From the NCBI GenBank assembly GCA_016188215.1, contig JACPIF010000003.1:35388-99387 (forward strand): 64,000 nt of DNA, in the 5' to 3' direction. This document shows, piece after piece, positions 16,879 through 26,675 of the stretch. Positions within the stretch are counted from its first letter, which is position 1, and each line of letters begins with the position of its first letter. Below the pieces are notes generated by a model. The model ran no database searches, had not been told where the DNA came from, and saw only the letters and a program-made list of their open reading frames with translations. This DNA comes from Candidatus Woesearchaeota archaeon. GTDB taxonomy: Archaea > Nanobdellota > Nanobdellia > Woesearchaeales > JACPIF01. A program made the position numbers and the translations under genes.

Positions 16879-19800
16879 CAGTAATCCCTCCTTTCATCAG
16901 GGTACCCTGCGGTTGCGCAGTAATCCGGACCGTTTAACGCGCTTTTATCATAGCTGAATCCGCCATATAATGTGTCCCAGACACCTTTCAGCTCAAGCAA
17001 TGTTTGTACGGTCCCTACAATTCCGCATGCTGTAGGATATTTGCCTGCAGTTGCTATAAATGTTGTAAATGCCTGCTGGCAGTATTCAGGGCCGCCTGTA
17101 ATCGAATATGCTCCGCAAACACTTTGATATATCAATCCCCCAATCAAGAAAGGAAGCTTTTGCGAAATAGCATTAATCAGGTTGCCCATTGCATTCTCAT
17201 TGTCAAATAACTTGAATTGAGCTCCATCAACATAAAGGCATTGCCTTTCTTTATATGCCAAATCACATGCTGTAGTTGTAACTCCAGAGGTTAATTCATG
17301 CTGCAGGCAGTTTCTATACATACATTTTATCTGCCGCTCCTTCTTGAGATTGTAGATTATTGGCGGATAGCACATGCACGCATATGCATAAGGCTTGCTC
17401 TTGTACGGATTCCATATCCATGTTGCACTTTTAAGTTCTTCAGGGGCCTCTGTCTCTACAATAGAATTTCTCCAGCCGTTATTGTCTGGCCTGTAAGTTA
17501 CTTGAGGCGGTTTATAATCTCCAACACCAGGTACATCAGGGGGACCTGCTGCTTGGCCTGTGAAAGGGAAGCCTGAGTAGATGACAGTTGATATAGGTCC
17601 AGAAGGTGGTGGAGGTGTAGAAGGTGGTGGAGTTATAGTTGGCTGATCTCCAGTTACGAATAGATTTAGCGCTAAGGGATTTTCAGCGAGTTTCCAATTA
17701 ATTCCATTCGAAGTCTCGTACCAATACCATACACCATCAATTTGTCTGCTGGAATATACAAAAAATCCTCTCTCATCTCCTGCATTTGGGATATATATCC
17801 GCTCTCCAGAAAGCACATCAACAGCATAATAGCTTCCCCGTTCATCCCAAGCTTGGTATGCTAAATTTTTATCTACGTTCGTAGCTATATCATCAATAAT
17901 ACCCTGAGCAAATCTAGGATACCCTAAATCAACATTTTGTGGAGGAGAAGGACTAAATGTTTCTATAAGATTATATGGATCAGTATCTCCAAGAGGGGGG
18001 GTGGGTGGAGTGGTGAGTATATTAGTGGATGATTGGGAAATATCTCTTAATCTCGCAGGAAGTTGATCTTCAGGTATACTCCTTATCTCATCTCCACGAG
18101 CTACTTGCCATTCCAATCCTCTATCCGTCTGTGATGCAACATAAACTAAACTTCTATCATCACTTGGTATTAGAATTAATTTGTTATCCTCGGTAATTGC
18201 CATAAAATTATCATTTTTGTCAACTCGATGATATGTCGCTATGCTTTTATAATAATCAACTAGATCAGCTTGAGGTGATGTTGCACCGTCATAATTTGGG
18301 CTCCACCCACTCCCACTAAAATCTGTTTGTTCCACACCTCCTTCTTGATAACTTGCAGGAACTACTAAACCTCCCTCTTTTGGAGTTTTATATCCTTGAT
18401 ATGCCTCTTGTTCCTCTTTAGTCGCTGGCGCAATACTTTTGCTCCATCCAGACCCATCTTCATTTTCAGATAGCCTTCCAGTAAAAGGTTTTTGTTCTTG
18501 AGACTCAGGTGGTGGTGGACTTGATCCTCCTACACTAGAAGGACTTTGAGTAACAGGCGCAGAAGGAGTACCAATTGGAGAATATCTATAAGTTTCATAA
18601 GATTTTAGAATAATAGATTCTCCTCCTCCAACATCAACTGTATATACCCATACACCTGGTTTTTCACCCACTTTCTCGCCAGCAGTAACTTGGACAATAT
18701 TGCCTTCTCTACCATCAACAATAATTTTATCACCCTTTCCTACTGCAGTTTTGGTGCTAGTGTCTGTAACATCTGCTCCAGTCCCAGTTCCAAAGAAATT
18801 AGCCACAGTCCCCTTAATATGCTTTCCAAATGCCTTATCCAGAGCATCAAATCCGACATCTATCCAATCTTCCCAGTCGCACAATGCGCATTGGTAGCTT
18901 ATTGCGCAGCCCATCTTGTTTATCATGCCTATTAGGCTTAGCGCTGCAGCTGGGTTGCCGCTAACAGCACTTGAAGCTGCGCCTGAAACCCCCCCTGCTG
19001 CCGCAGTCGCAGCACCTCCCAAGCCAAACGGCCCGGGCGGCCATATGAATTTGTCAACAAATGAGTGGAACCATCCGAATTTAGTGCAGATAGACATGAA
19101 ACTAGTTTTTGCACTGTTCCATACTGCTGTCCCTGCAACAATTGTAGAGGCAGATGTTGCCAAGGCTGGTGAAAATCCCGCTGTAGTTGGACATGCAGCA
19201 GTTGATGCGGATGCCGTAGCAAATATCCCGGCAACAGTATCAGCGGATTTTGCTGCAAGAATATTGCCTGTTGAGGATAAAGCATTATACTCTGCAACAC
19301 CTTCTGTAACCCCTATCTCTAATGCAATTAGTTTAGCCTTTACTGGACAACATACAGTAGATGTTACAACAGCAGAACAGCCTGCAGAAGCAGCAGGAAT
19401 TGCAGCTGTAAAAGCAGCGGTACCAGCTGACATTGAAGTTGATATTTGGCTTATTGCATTTATCTCTTGAAAATTCGTAACAGTATACCACAGCAATTTC
19501 ACATTCTGCAACACGCTATTCAACTGCCCCATTAATTTGGAAATAGTGCACCACGTTGCTAATATGCTTGCAAACTTTTCTTTTGCTTCTATCTCTTTTC
19601 CTAAGTCTTTTATATCTTTGTCAATCTCATTTAATTTAGCCTGCACGTTTGCATCTGCAACACCAGTAGGTGCATCATAAAGCGGGATTTTCAGCTCTAT
19701 GGCCTCAACTTCAGGCTTTGAAAAGATAGTGCTGCCTCTTTTCACTGTCATGCTGAGCTTGCATGGTATAGTTATCTCATTCGCAGCAACATTGCCTACT

Positions 19801-22175
19801 TCAGAAGTCAGCCTGAAAGCAATAACAGGATCAATAGTTCCTTCATTTATGATATAGGTGCTTCCTCTCTCTGCATACTCTGAACTGCAATCTGCGCTCA
19901 TAGAGAGTATCTGCACGTTCTCTTTTGTCCCTAAAGAAACCTTGCCGAACATGCTGAATGGAACTTGTGATGTAGCTTTTCTTGGCACTTTGGTAGGTGT
20001 TATCCCGGTGCTCTTAACTGTAAGAAAATCAGGAGTCCTGCGCGCATCAGGCTCAGCTATTTCAAGCAACAGAACTCTCTCAGCAGTATTCCCTGCAAAG
20101 TCCTCAACTAATATCTTCACTTTATCTGACTGCGCTTTGGCAGGCAAGCCTGTTAATTCAAGATGGCATGTCACGTCATTCCTGTTTGTTTCATTATCAG
20201 TAGCGCTCCTGCATTCCATTCCCAGCTCAGTTGCATTAACAATGCTTCCCGGATACAGCACTGCTCTCTTGACACCTGAAACAGTATCTGCAGCTTTCAC
20301 TTCAAAGAAAATCTTGTCTGTATATGCGGGATACTGGGGTATTTGCTTTATTTCATTGATTGCAGGATTGCCCTCATCTATCTCAAGCTCAAGGGACAGT
20401 GAACTTGCAGCCTTGTTCCCAACCTTGTCCTGAATCAGCAAACTGCTGCTTATGGCCCTTCTGTCAGTGAAGCTGCTTCCAAGCTTATTCCAGTAGCACG
20501 TAAATATATCGCCCTGCTGCACACATCTGTCTGCAGCCAGATTTGGATTTCCGGTTATGGCAGATGCATCAAGCATAACATGGGACTCATCTAGCCCCAT
20601 GCCTATCTCCTGCAACACCAGCACGAATGTGCTCCCCTTTGGTGAGATATAGTTGACAGTCTCAGGCTCCTGCCCTTCCACATAAAGCTGCAGTGGAACA
20701 GGGGGCTCAGCATCAACAAAGACGCTATAAGGAAGATTCTCAGTTATATTATTGCCTGACTTGTCGCCTGCGGTGAACGCAAGGCTTTTGTGATTCAGCC
20801 CTTGGACATCAAGCCTTGCATTGACATTGTTCCAGGTGCACCTTGTGAGATTTTCCTTTAGAGGAGTGCAGTAATCCTTCGCAAGGTTTTTGTAGTTTGC
20901 AAAAGAGTTCAGTGCAGATAAGTCAGCCTTGACTGTTATTGTTTCAAGACCAGTCTCAGGCTCAAGTATGTCAACGCTGATGCTCACCTGATGCGTTCCC
21001 GGATTGGTGACATTAAACACTTTGCCTTGCTTCTGCACATTAAGGTTAGCTATCCTTGGCGCTTTCTTGTCAACAGGAAGGGATTTGACTAGGCTCAGCA
21101 CAGTTGTCTTCTTGTTGCCTGTTGAATCTTTTCCAGAGACAGTAATTATTCTGCTGAGTGAAGGCTCCTGAAGTGATAAGGGAATATTGCTCCATGCGCA
21201 GCGCTTCCTCCCATCTATATCAAAGCATCCATATTCAGCTGACGTAATGCCAAACTCGCTCAAGTCAGCCTCTAGGCTGCTTTCATCAAAATCAGGCTCC
21301 AGCACATCAACTGCAAATTCCACCAGTACCTGCATAGGCAGGAAATAGGCAATATCTTTATGGTTTGTATCCGTTACATTCACATAAGCCAGGATGAAGC
21401 TCAATCCCTGGAAATCAGTATCAAAATGAGGGTAGGCGCTGCCACCTTGGCCGAAAGCATCAAAACCAGTTACATTGAGCGTTACGCTGCTAACATTGGT
21501 TCCGGTATTGAAAACTGTTGCTGATTCTGTTATGGTTCCAGAGTAGCTGCATCCATTTCCAGGGGTTATCGTGTATGCTTTGGAGAAGCTGCCTGAGCTG
21601 ACTGTGATGGTATTCTTTATTCCGGAGCATTCAAAAGCTGAGCTGCTGCTGTAGGCAGTATCCTGAACAGAATAGGAGATGGCAACTGTATCCTGCGAAC
21701 TGTACTTGGCCTTGTCAACAGATGCTGTGACTGATGGAGCTGCGGTATCGCACAATACTGTTGCCTGCTCGTCATCAATAAAATTTCCGTTAGGATCATA
21801 CAGATTGACATCAAACGTAGTCTTTGGGCATATAAGGAACCCGGTCATGTTCCTCGCAAGCTTGCACTCATATCCATCACTTGAAGAGATGCAGGATTCA
21901 AACGCAAATCCTCCGTTGCTTGAGGTTCCTCCCAGCCTGACTTGCTCTGGTGCAATATTCTGGTCGCCATTTTTTGCAATGACTGAAAAGGTAAAGAAGT
22001 CAATATTGCTGCGGACATACCCCTTGATACCATCCCTTCCCTTTACCGTCAGGCTTGACAACCCCTGCGGCGCAGCCTGAAGGGAGGCGAGCGTAACCAG
22101 GAGCAGCAGCACTGCAACTATCCCTAGGCTTATACCTCTTCTAACATCCCTAGTGACCCCTTTTTTTTCCTTCAT
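16878..22175 (-). CDS. giant secreted surface protein (1765 aa), paralog of 4545..8273, with a Cys-rich C-terminal domain and an AT-rich inserted middle segment
   Basis: Signal peptide (LGIVAVLLLLVTLASLQA); N- and C-terminal paralogy to 4545..8273; Pro-rich linkers (PPPSTPPPPSGP). Confidence 0.9.
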   Translation of the reverse strand: MKEKKGVTRDVRRGISLGIVAVLLLLVTLASLQAAPQGLSSLTVKGRDGIKGYVRSNIDFFTFSVIAKNGDQNIAPEQVRLGGTSSNGGFAFESCISSSDGYECKLARNMTGFLICPKTTFDVNLYDPNGNFIDDEQATVLCDTAAPSVTASVDKAKYSSQDTVAISYSVQDTAYSSSSAFECSGIKNTITVSSGSFSKAYTITPGNGCSYSGTITESATVFNTGTNVSSVTLNVTGFDAFGQGGSAYPHFDTDFQGLSFILAYVNVTDTNHKDIAYFLPMQVLVEFAVDVLEPDFDESSLEADLSEFGITSAEYGCFDIDGRKRCAWSNIPLSLQEPSLSRIITVSGKDSTGNKKTTVLSLVKSLPVDKKAPRIANLNVQKQGKVFNVTNPGTHQVSISVDILEPETGLETITVKADLSALNSFANYKNLAKDYCTPLKENLTRCTWNNVNARLDVQGLNHKSLAFTAGDKSGNNITENLPYSVFVDAEPPVPLQLYVEGQEPETVNYISPKGSTFVLVLQEIGMGLDESHVMLDASAITGNPNLAADRCVQQGDIFTCYWNKLGSSFTDRRAISSSLLIQDKVGNKAASSLSLELEIDEGNPAINEIKQIPQYPAYTDKIFFEVKAADTVSGVKRAVLYPGSIVNATELGMECRSATDNETNRNDVTCHLELTGLPAKAQSDKVKILVEDFAGNTAERVLLLEIAEPDARRTPDFLTVKSTGITPTKVPRKATSQVPFSMFGKVSLGTKENVQILSMSADCSSEYAERGSTYIINEGTIDPVIAFRLTSEVGNVAANEITIPCKLSMTVKRGSTIFSKPEVEAIELKIPLYDAPTGVADANVQAKLNEIDKDIKDLGKEIEAKEKFASILATWCTISKLMGQLNSVLQNVKLLWYTVTNFQEINAISQISTSMSAGTAAFTAAIPAASAGCSAVVTSTVCCPVKAKLIALEIGVTEGVAEYNALSSTGNILAAKSADTVAGIFATASASTAACPTTAGFSPALATSASTIVAGTAVWNSAKTSFMSICTKFGWFHSFVDKFIWPPGPFGLGGAATAAAGGVSGAASSAVSGNPAAALSLIGMINKMGCAISYQCALCDWEDWIDVGFDALDKAFGKHIKGTVANFFGTGTGADVTDTSTKTAVGKGDKIIVDGREGNIVQVTAGEKVGEKPGVWVYTVDVGGGESIILKSYETYRYSPIGTPSAPVTQSPSSVGGSSPPPPESQEQKPFTGRLSENEDGSGWSKSIAPATKEEQEAYQGYKTPKEGGLVVPASYQEGGVEQTDFSGSGWSPNYDGATSPQADLVDYYKSIATYHRVDKNDNFMAITEDNKLILIPSDDRSLVYVASQTDRGLEWQVARGDEIRSIPEDQLPARLRDISQSSTNILTTPPTPPLGDTDPYNLIETFSPSPPQNVDLGYPRFAQGIIDDIATNVDKNLAYQAWDERGSYYAVDVLSGERIYIPNAGDERGFFVYSSRQIDGVWYWYETSNGINWKLAENPLALNLFVTGDQPTITPPPSTPPPPSGPISTVIYSGFPFTGQAAGPPDVPGVGDYKPPQVTYRPDNNGWRNSIVETEAPEELKSATWIWNPYKSKPYAYACMCYPPIIYNLKKERQIKCMYRNCLQHELTSGVTTTACDLAYKERQCLYVDGAQFKLFDNENAMGNLINAISQKLPFLIGGLIYQSVCGAYSITGGPEYCQQAFTTFIATAGKYPTACGIVGTVQTLLELKGVWDTLYGGFSYDKSALNGPDYCATAGYPDERRDY

Positions 22176-22517
22176 CTACTTCATCCAGACTTCCCTCACC
22201 TCAAAGGGAACCTTATGCTGGTTAAAATAATTGCTAAAATACATTGCAAATCCTGCAGGGACAAGCAGCACATTGCTGCCCAGCTTCTGCGAATAATTCT
22301 TCTGCAGCATGCCCTCATGCCTGTATTCAGCCTTGCCTTTCTTTTCCCTGTATCCAAGAAGCTCCCTCAGGATTTTTACCTTGTCTTTCTGCGGCTTGCT
22401 GCTCAGGGAATAGGTAAATAGCATGAAATGGCGGAGCTCCTGCTGCTTCATGTGCAGGGCTATCTGCTTTTTGATATATAAACCTTTCTGTAATAAATAA
22501 CAATATTTTATAATCAA
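22176..22517 (-). CDS. small basic protein (113 aa) directly upstream of, and abutting, the 1765-aa gene
   Basis: Its stop codon is immediately adjacent to the giant gene's start; a 110-bp region of more than 85% A/T (22518-22626) precedes it. Confidence 0.5.
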   Translation of the reverse strand: MIIKYCYLLQKGLYIKKQIALHMKQQELRHFMLFTYSLSSKPQKDKVKILRELLGYREKKGKAEYRHEGMLQKNYSQKLGSNVLLVPAGFAMYFSNYFNQHKVPFEVREVWMK

Positions 22518-22626
22518 TCACAAAATTCCATTACATTTAATAGAAAATATTTAAAAATTAACATTATATATGTTACTTATAACAATAATCTGTAATTTAA
22601 TCAATATTTATAATAATCTTAACAGA

Positions 22627-23142
22627 TTATGCCTTCCTGTTGCTTTCAATATGTGCAATCAGCTCAGGTATCTGTGCATTAAACGGGGTATAGATCTCTA
22701 TGGGTGTCGCTGTGTAGCGCAGCCTTATCCTTAGCCTACCGGTGAATGAGCTTATGAAATGGTGCAGCGCCACCAGGCCTAGCACAAAAAAGAGCAGTGC
22801 GAGCAGCCTGATAAGGTAAATTAGCCCCTCAAGATTGAAGAAGAAACTCCAGAACGATATCTTGGCAGTGCCCAGCTGGAAGTAGAACACATACGAGAAT
22901 GCGAGCCAGAAGAATGAAGTTATGGCCGCATGCCACCTTACTTCGGTCGTGTACTCCACAGATTCAACGTCACTTATCTTGAACGCCATCAGCTGCTTAT
23001 GCAGGCTCTTTTCAATGATTACCTTTGATTTGGTTGCGGTGATGCGATAGCCGCCTATAGAAAAACGCTTTGAAGGCTTCTCACCCCTATGCAGATAAGA
23101 AGCATAACTATGCTGTCCTCTATCCCCCCTTTTTTTCTTCAT
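22627..23142 (-). CDS. membrane protein (171 aa)
   Basis: Two or three hydrophobic helices in the C-terminal half. Confidence 0.6.
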   Translation of the reverse strand: MKKKRGDRGQHSYASYLHRGEKPSKRFSIGGYRITATKSKVIIEKSLHKQLMAFKISDVESVEYTTEVRWHAAITSFFWLAFSYVFYFQLGTAKISFWSFFFNLEGLIYLIRLLALLFFVLGLVALHHFISSFTGRLRIRLRYTATPIEIYTPFNAQIPELIAHIESNRKA

Positions 23143-23183
23143 CTTTAGGTAATATAAAATTGTGGATATATAAACCTTACTTA

Positions 23184-25301
23184 CTACTTGATGCGAGCAC
23201 CATCTCCTACCTTTTCTGCGCTCAGAAGCTCTTTATCTGTCTTCATGGCCTTTCCATTGTAGTAAATCCCGCCATCTTTCGTGTGCATCTGTACCTTTGT
23301 AAAATCTTCATAAGTTATCTGTCCTTTGTTGACCTTTGTAAAGCCCTCCATATAAACCTGGTCTCCCGGCTCTGATAATTTTGGTGCCACTACCCCTATT
23401 TCTTTTCCATCATCACCTGCAAGCAGCATGCCGTTGCTTTCCTTGCCGCGCAGCATCGCAGGCTTCAGGTTAGTGAGCACAACAATTTTCTTTCCGAGCA
23501 GCTCTTCCTTGCTGTAAAACTGCTTTATTCCCGCCACAATCTGCCTTTTCTCAGTTCCCAGGTCAATCTGCAGCACAATAAGCTTGTCTGCATTGGGGTG
23601 GTCTTCCACCGCAATTATTCTTGCAACCTTGATGTTGAGCGGGAACACTGCAGCCTTATCCTTCTCAGGCGCAGCAGCAGCTTCAACAATTTCAATCTTG
23701 GAGAACACTATTTTAGCCTGCCCCAAGGCATGCTCTTTTATGTCAAATGATGCATCCTTCCAACTGAGCTCTTTCAAATTCAGCTGCTTCTCAAGCTCAG
23801 CGCAGAATGCAGGCAATATCGGCTTTGAAATAATTGCAAGTATCTTCACGATATCAGCAGCAAACCCGATTACACCTGCTGCCTTCTCCCTATCAGCCTT
23901 GATAAGGTTCCATGGCTGGTTATCCTGCAGGTATTTGTTGCCGAGGCTTGATATGGCAAGGGTTTCCTTCAGCGCCTCGCCTATCTCCAGGTTATAGTAG
24001 TGCTCTTCTATGTTTTTTACTTTCTTGAGAATTTCTTTCTCCAGCTTCTTCTCAGGGGATACATGGGTTATCCTTGAATCCAGGTTATTGTTTGCAAAAC
24101 TCAATACCCTATAGCAGAAATTAGCGAGATTCGCAACCAATTCATTGTTGATTGAATCCTGGAAATTGCTGAAATTAAGGTCTATGTCAGACATGTTCCT
24201 GGCAAGAGTTTTCGCGTAGTAGAACCTAAGGTATTCAGGCCTGTACTTTGAGTGAAAGTCAGCGGCAGTAAAAAACGTGCCCCTGCTCTTGCTCATCTTC
24301 TCGCCATTGACTGTCAGGAATCCATGAACGGGGATGTTGAACGGCAGGTTGAATCCCGAGCCCATCAGCATTGCAGGCCAGAACAGGAAGTGGAAATAGA
24401 TAATATCCTTGCCGATGAAATGAATGATCCTTGATTTCCTATCAACCCAGTAATCCTCTGTCTTAAGCCCCCTTTTCTTACAGTAATGCTCAGTTGCTGC
24501 AATGTAGCCGATAGGAGCATCAAGCCACACATAATAGTATTTGTCTTCCTCTCCTGGAATCTTAAATCCAAAGTACGGTCCATCGCGTGAGATGCACCAG
24601 TCTTCCAGCCCATTCTTTATCCAGCTGTATACAAAATTCTTGATTTCAGGTTGCAGCTGCTTGTTTTTATCAAGCCATTTCCTCAGCCTTTCAGAGAAAG
24701 AGCTGAGCCTGAAGAAATAATGCTCTGCCTGCTTCCTTATCGGCGTGTTCCTGCAGATAACGCAGTATGGGTTGATTAGATCAGTGGTCTTGTAGGTTGC
24801 GCCGCACCGCTCGCACACATCTCCATACTGGTCAGGAGCGCCGCATTTCGGACACGTCCCTTTTACATACCTGTCCGGCAACGTCCTTTTATCATATTCG
24901 CAGTACGTTACCTCCATCTCTTTCATGTAGATATATCCTTTCTTGTTCAGCCGCTCAAAGATGAGGTCAGAATAGTATTTATTCTCGGGGCTATGCGTTG
25001 TGTAGTACTCGTCAAAGCTTACCAGGAAATTGGAAAAATCCCGGGTGTGCTCCTTATATACATCCTCAATCAGTTTTTCAGGAGTTATGCCCAGCTCTTT
25101 CGCTTTAATCTCAATAGGAGCGCCATGAGTGTCATCTGCGCAGATAAAGATAACATCTTCTCCTGCCAGTCTCAGGAATCTTACAAATATGTCTGTCTGT
25201 ATGTATTCTACTAAATGGCCACAGTGAATCGGCCCATTAGCGTATGGTAAGGCGCTCGTTACCAGAATCTTGCGTCTAGTCTTGGACTTTAGTTTGACCA
25301 C
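23184..25301 (-). CDS. metG: methionyl-tRNA synthetase with a C-terminal tRNA-binding (EMAP/Trbp111-like) domain
   Basis: 'PYANGPIHCGHL' (HIGH-type), zinc knuckle 'CPKCG...CERCG', 'KMSKS', and C-terminal 'ADKLIVLQIDLG...IVAGI'. Confidence 0.95.
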   Translation of the reverse strand: MVKLKSKTRRKILVTSALPYANGPIHCGHLVEYIQTDIFVRFLRLAGEDVIFICADDTHGAPIEIKAKELGITPEKLIEDVYKEHTRDFSNFLVSFDEYYTTHSPENKYYSDLIFERLNKKGYIYMKEMEVTYCEYDKRTLPDRYVKGTCPKCGAPDQYGDVCERCGATYKTTDLINPYCVICRNTPIRKQAEHYFFRLSSFSERLRKWLDKNKQLQPEIKNFVYSWIKNGLEDWCISRDGPYFGFKIPGEEDKYYYVWLDAPIGYIAATEHYCKKRGLKTEDYWVDRKSRIIHFIGKDIIYFHFLFWPAMLMGSGFNLPFNIPVHGFLTVNGEKMSKSRGTFFTAADFHSKYRPEYLRFYYAKTLARNMSDIDLNFSNFQDSINNELVANLANFCYRVLSFANNNLDSRITHVSPEKKLEKEILKKVKNIEEHYYNLEIGEALKETLAISSLGNKYLQDNQPWNLIKADREKAAGVIGFAADIVKILAIISKPILPAFCAELEKQLNLKELSWKDASFDIKEHALGQAKIVFSKIEIVEAAAAPEKDKAAVFPLNIKVARIIAVEDHPNADKLIVLQIDLGTEKRQIVAGIKQFYSKEELLGKKIVVLTNLKPAMLRGKESNGMLLAGDDGKEIGVVAPKLSEPGDQVYMEGFTKVNKGQITYEDFTKVQMHTKDGGIYYNGKAMKTDKELLSAEKVGDGARIK

Positions 25302-25347
25302 CTTGGCTAAAGAAATAAGTCAATTGTTTAAAAATGTATTGATGCAT

Positions 25348-26184
25348 TTAAGACCTCTTCTGAGGAGGCATTGTCGTCACATATGAAAGAACAGCTATAT
25401 TCTGTACTCCCTCAGCTTTGTAAGATGGTCGTTGATCTGCAAGTATATGAAGGGGAGTCTGAACTTTAAAATTTCCATCAATTATTCTCCTTAAAGTATA
25501 ATGATCAGATGGCCAAATAGAAGCTTTATCTAATCCTCTTCTTAATCTTTTGATATCCATTTCAGATTGGGAAACTTGGATTCTTCTTCCATTAACTTCA
25601 GCCTGCAATAAATTTCCTTCAGTCATCCTATATGCAAACGTAAGCATAAAATATTCAAGGCCCCTAAGATTTCTAGCATTAGGGTCTGCTGGCGTATCAT
25701 TCGAACTGCTACCTAACATATAGATGAACCTGTCTGGTCCTAAACCCTTTGCGGCTTGTGTATATCCGCTAGCAGCAACAGGAACCGCAATTAATTTTAC
25801 AATATGGTGCAACGGTAGAAAATCAGGACGCGAACCAGGAAAAAATCCTTTACCATCAAGGCCCCATACTATTCTTGGATCAGATAAATCGCTTAATCGC
25901 TCAATTCCTTGTATCTCTGTAGGGCTGAATACTTCTGGTTTACACCGCGCCGCAAGACTAGCAGCCAAATTTGCATACTCATTTGCTACTATTTCTCTTG
26001 TATGTTGATTTTCGACTCTGGAATAAGTTTGCTCAAGTTCATGTAATCTTCGTTTCTGTTCAGCTATCGAATGCATCTGAGGAGCTTTGGTATCATCTCT
26101 GCCCATTCTCCTTTCTTTCATCCTTTTAGCTGTATCAGCACCCGGTCTCCCTTCTGTGTCAGGTTTCCATCCAAAATGTCCCAT
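25348..26184 (-). CDS. hypothetical protein (278 aa) with deviant AT-rich codon usage
   Basis: Long ORF. Codon usage (AGA/AAA/TTA-rich) differs from the flanking metG. Confidence 0.6.
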   Translation of the reverse strand: MGHFGWKPDTEGRPGADTAKRMKERRMGRDDTKAPQMHSIAEQKRRLHELEQTYSRVENQHTREIVANEYANLAASLAARCKPEVFSPTEIQGIERLSDLSDPRIVWGLDGKGFFPGSRPDFLPLHHIVKLIAVPVAASGYTQAAKGLGPDRFIYMLGSSSNDTPADPNARNLRGLEYFMLTFAYRMTEGNLLQAEVNGRRIQVSQSEMDIKRLRRGLDKASIWPSDHYTLRRIIDGNFKVQTPLHILADQRPSYKAEGVQNIAVLSYVTTMPPQKRS

Positions 26185-26246
26185 ACTACCTGAAAAATTA
26201 TGACTCTTTATAAAGATTATTACAAAACTAGAAATGCCCCAAACCC

Positions 26247-26675
26247 TTATTCATCATCAGTCTTGTCACCTTCACCCTTCTTCCCGATCTCCTTCATCTT
26301 TTTGGTGATGTCAATGTTTGCATTGCATTTCTGGCACTGCACTCTGAGAACATCAACACCCTGCACCTTCTTTCTTTTGAACGGTACTTGTACCTCGCCT
26401 GAATTCTTGCAGCTGGGGCAGGTATACATGACATTTGCGGTAAGCGTATCCTCATACGCCTGCTTTTCAGCTCTATATCCACAAGCAGGACAAACATATT
26501 CCTTTGCCCGGATTGATACTTTGCCGGTTTTCTTGTCAACAGGCTTGCCCATCAATGCCTTGCCGCACTTAGGGCAGGGGTTCCTGAATACCCATGCCAT
26601 TACTTTTCCGTCTCCAATAACGCGCCTTGTAAAGTAGACACATTCATCTGCTGAGTTAGGTAGTTTTAGTGCCAT
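26247..26675 (-). CDS. double zinc-ribbon protein (142 aa)
   Basis: Four CxxC pairs (CPKCG, CPACG, CPSC, CQKC); Lys-rich C-terminus. Confidence 0.6.
   Translation of the reverse strand: MALKLPNSADECVYFTRRVIGDGKVMAWVFRNPCPKCGKALMGKPVDKKTGKVSIRAKEYVCPACGYRAEKQAYEDTLTANVMYTCPSCKNSGEVQVPFKRKKVQGVDVLRVQCQKCNANIDITKKMKEIGKKGEGDKTDDE

Noticed and set aside
12577-20433. Antisense or overlapping ORFs inside 12093..14372 and 16878..22175 (13489..14136, 18916..19470, 19858..20433 and others)
   Set aside because: Same reasoning as above. They are embedded in the opposite strand of genes with clear paralogs.
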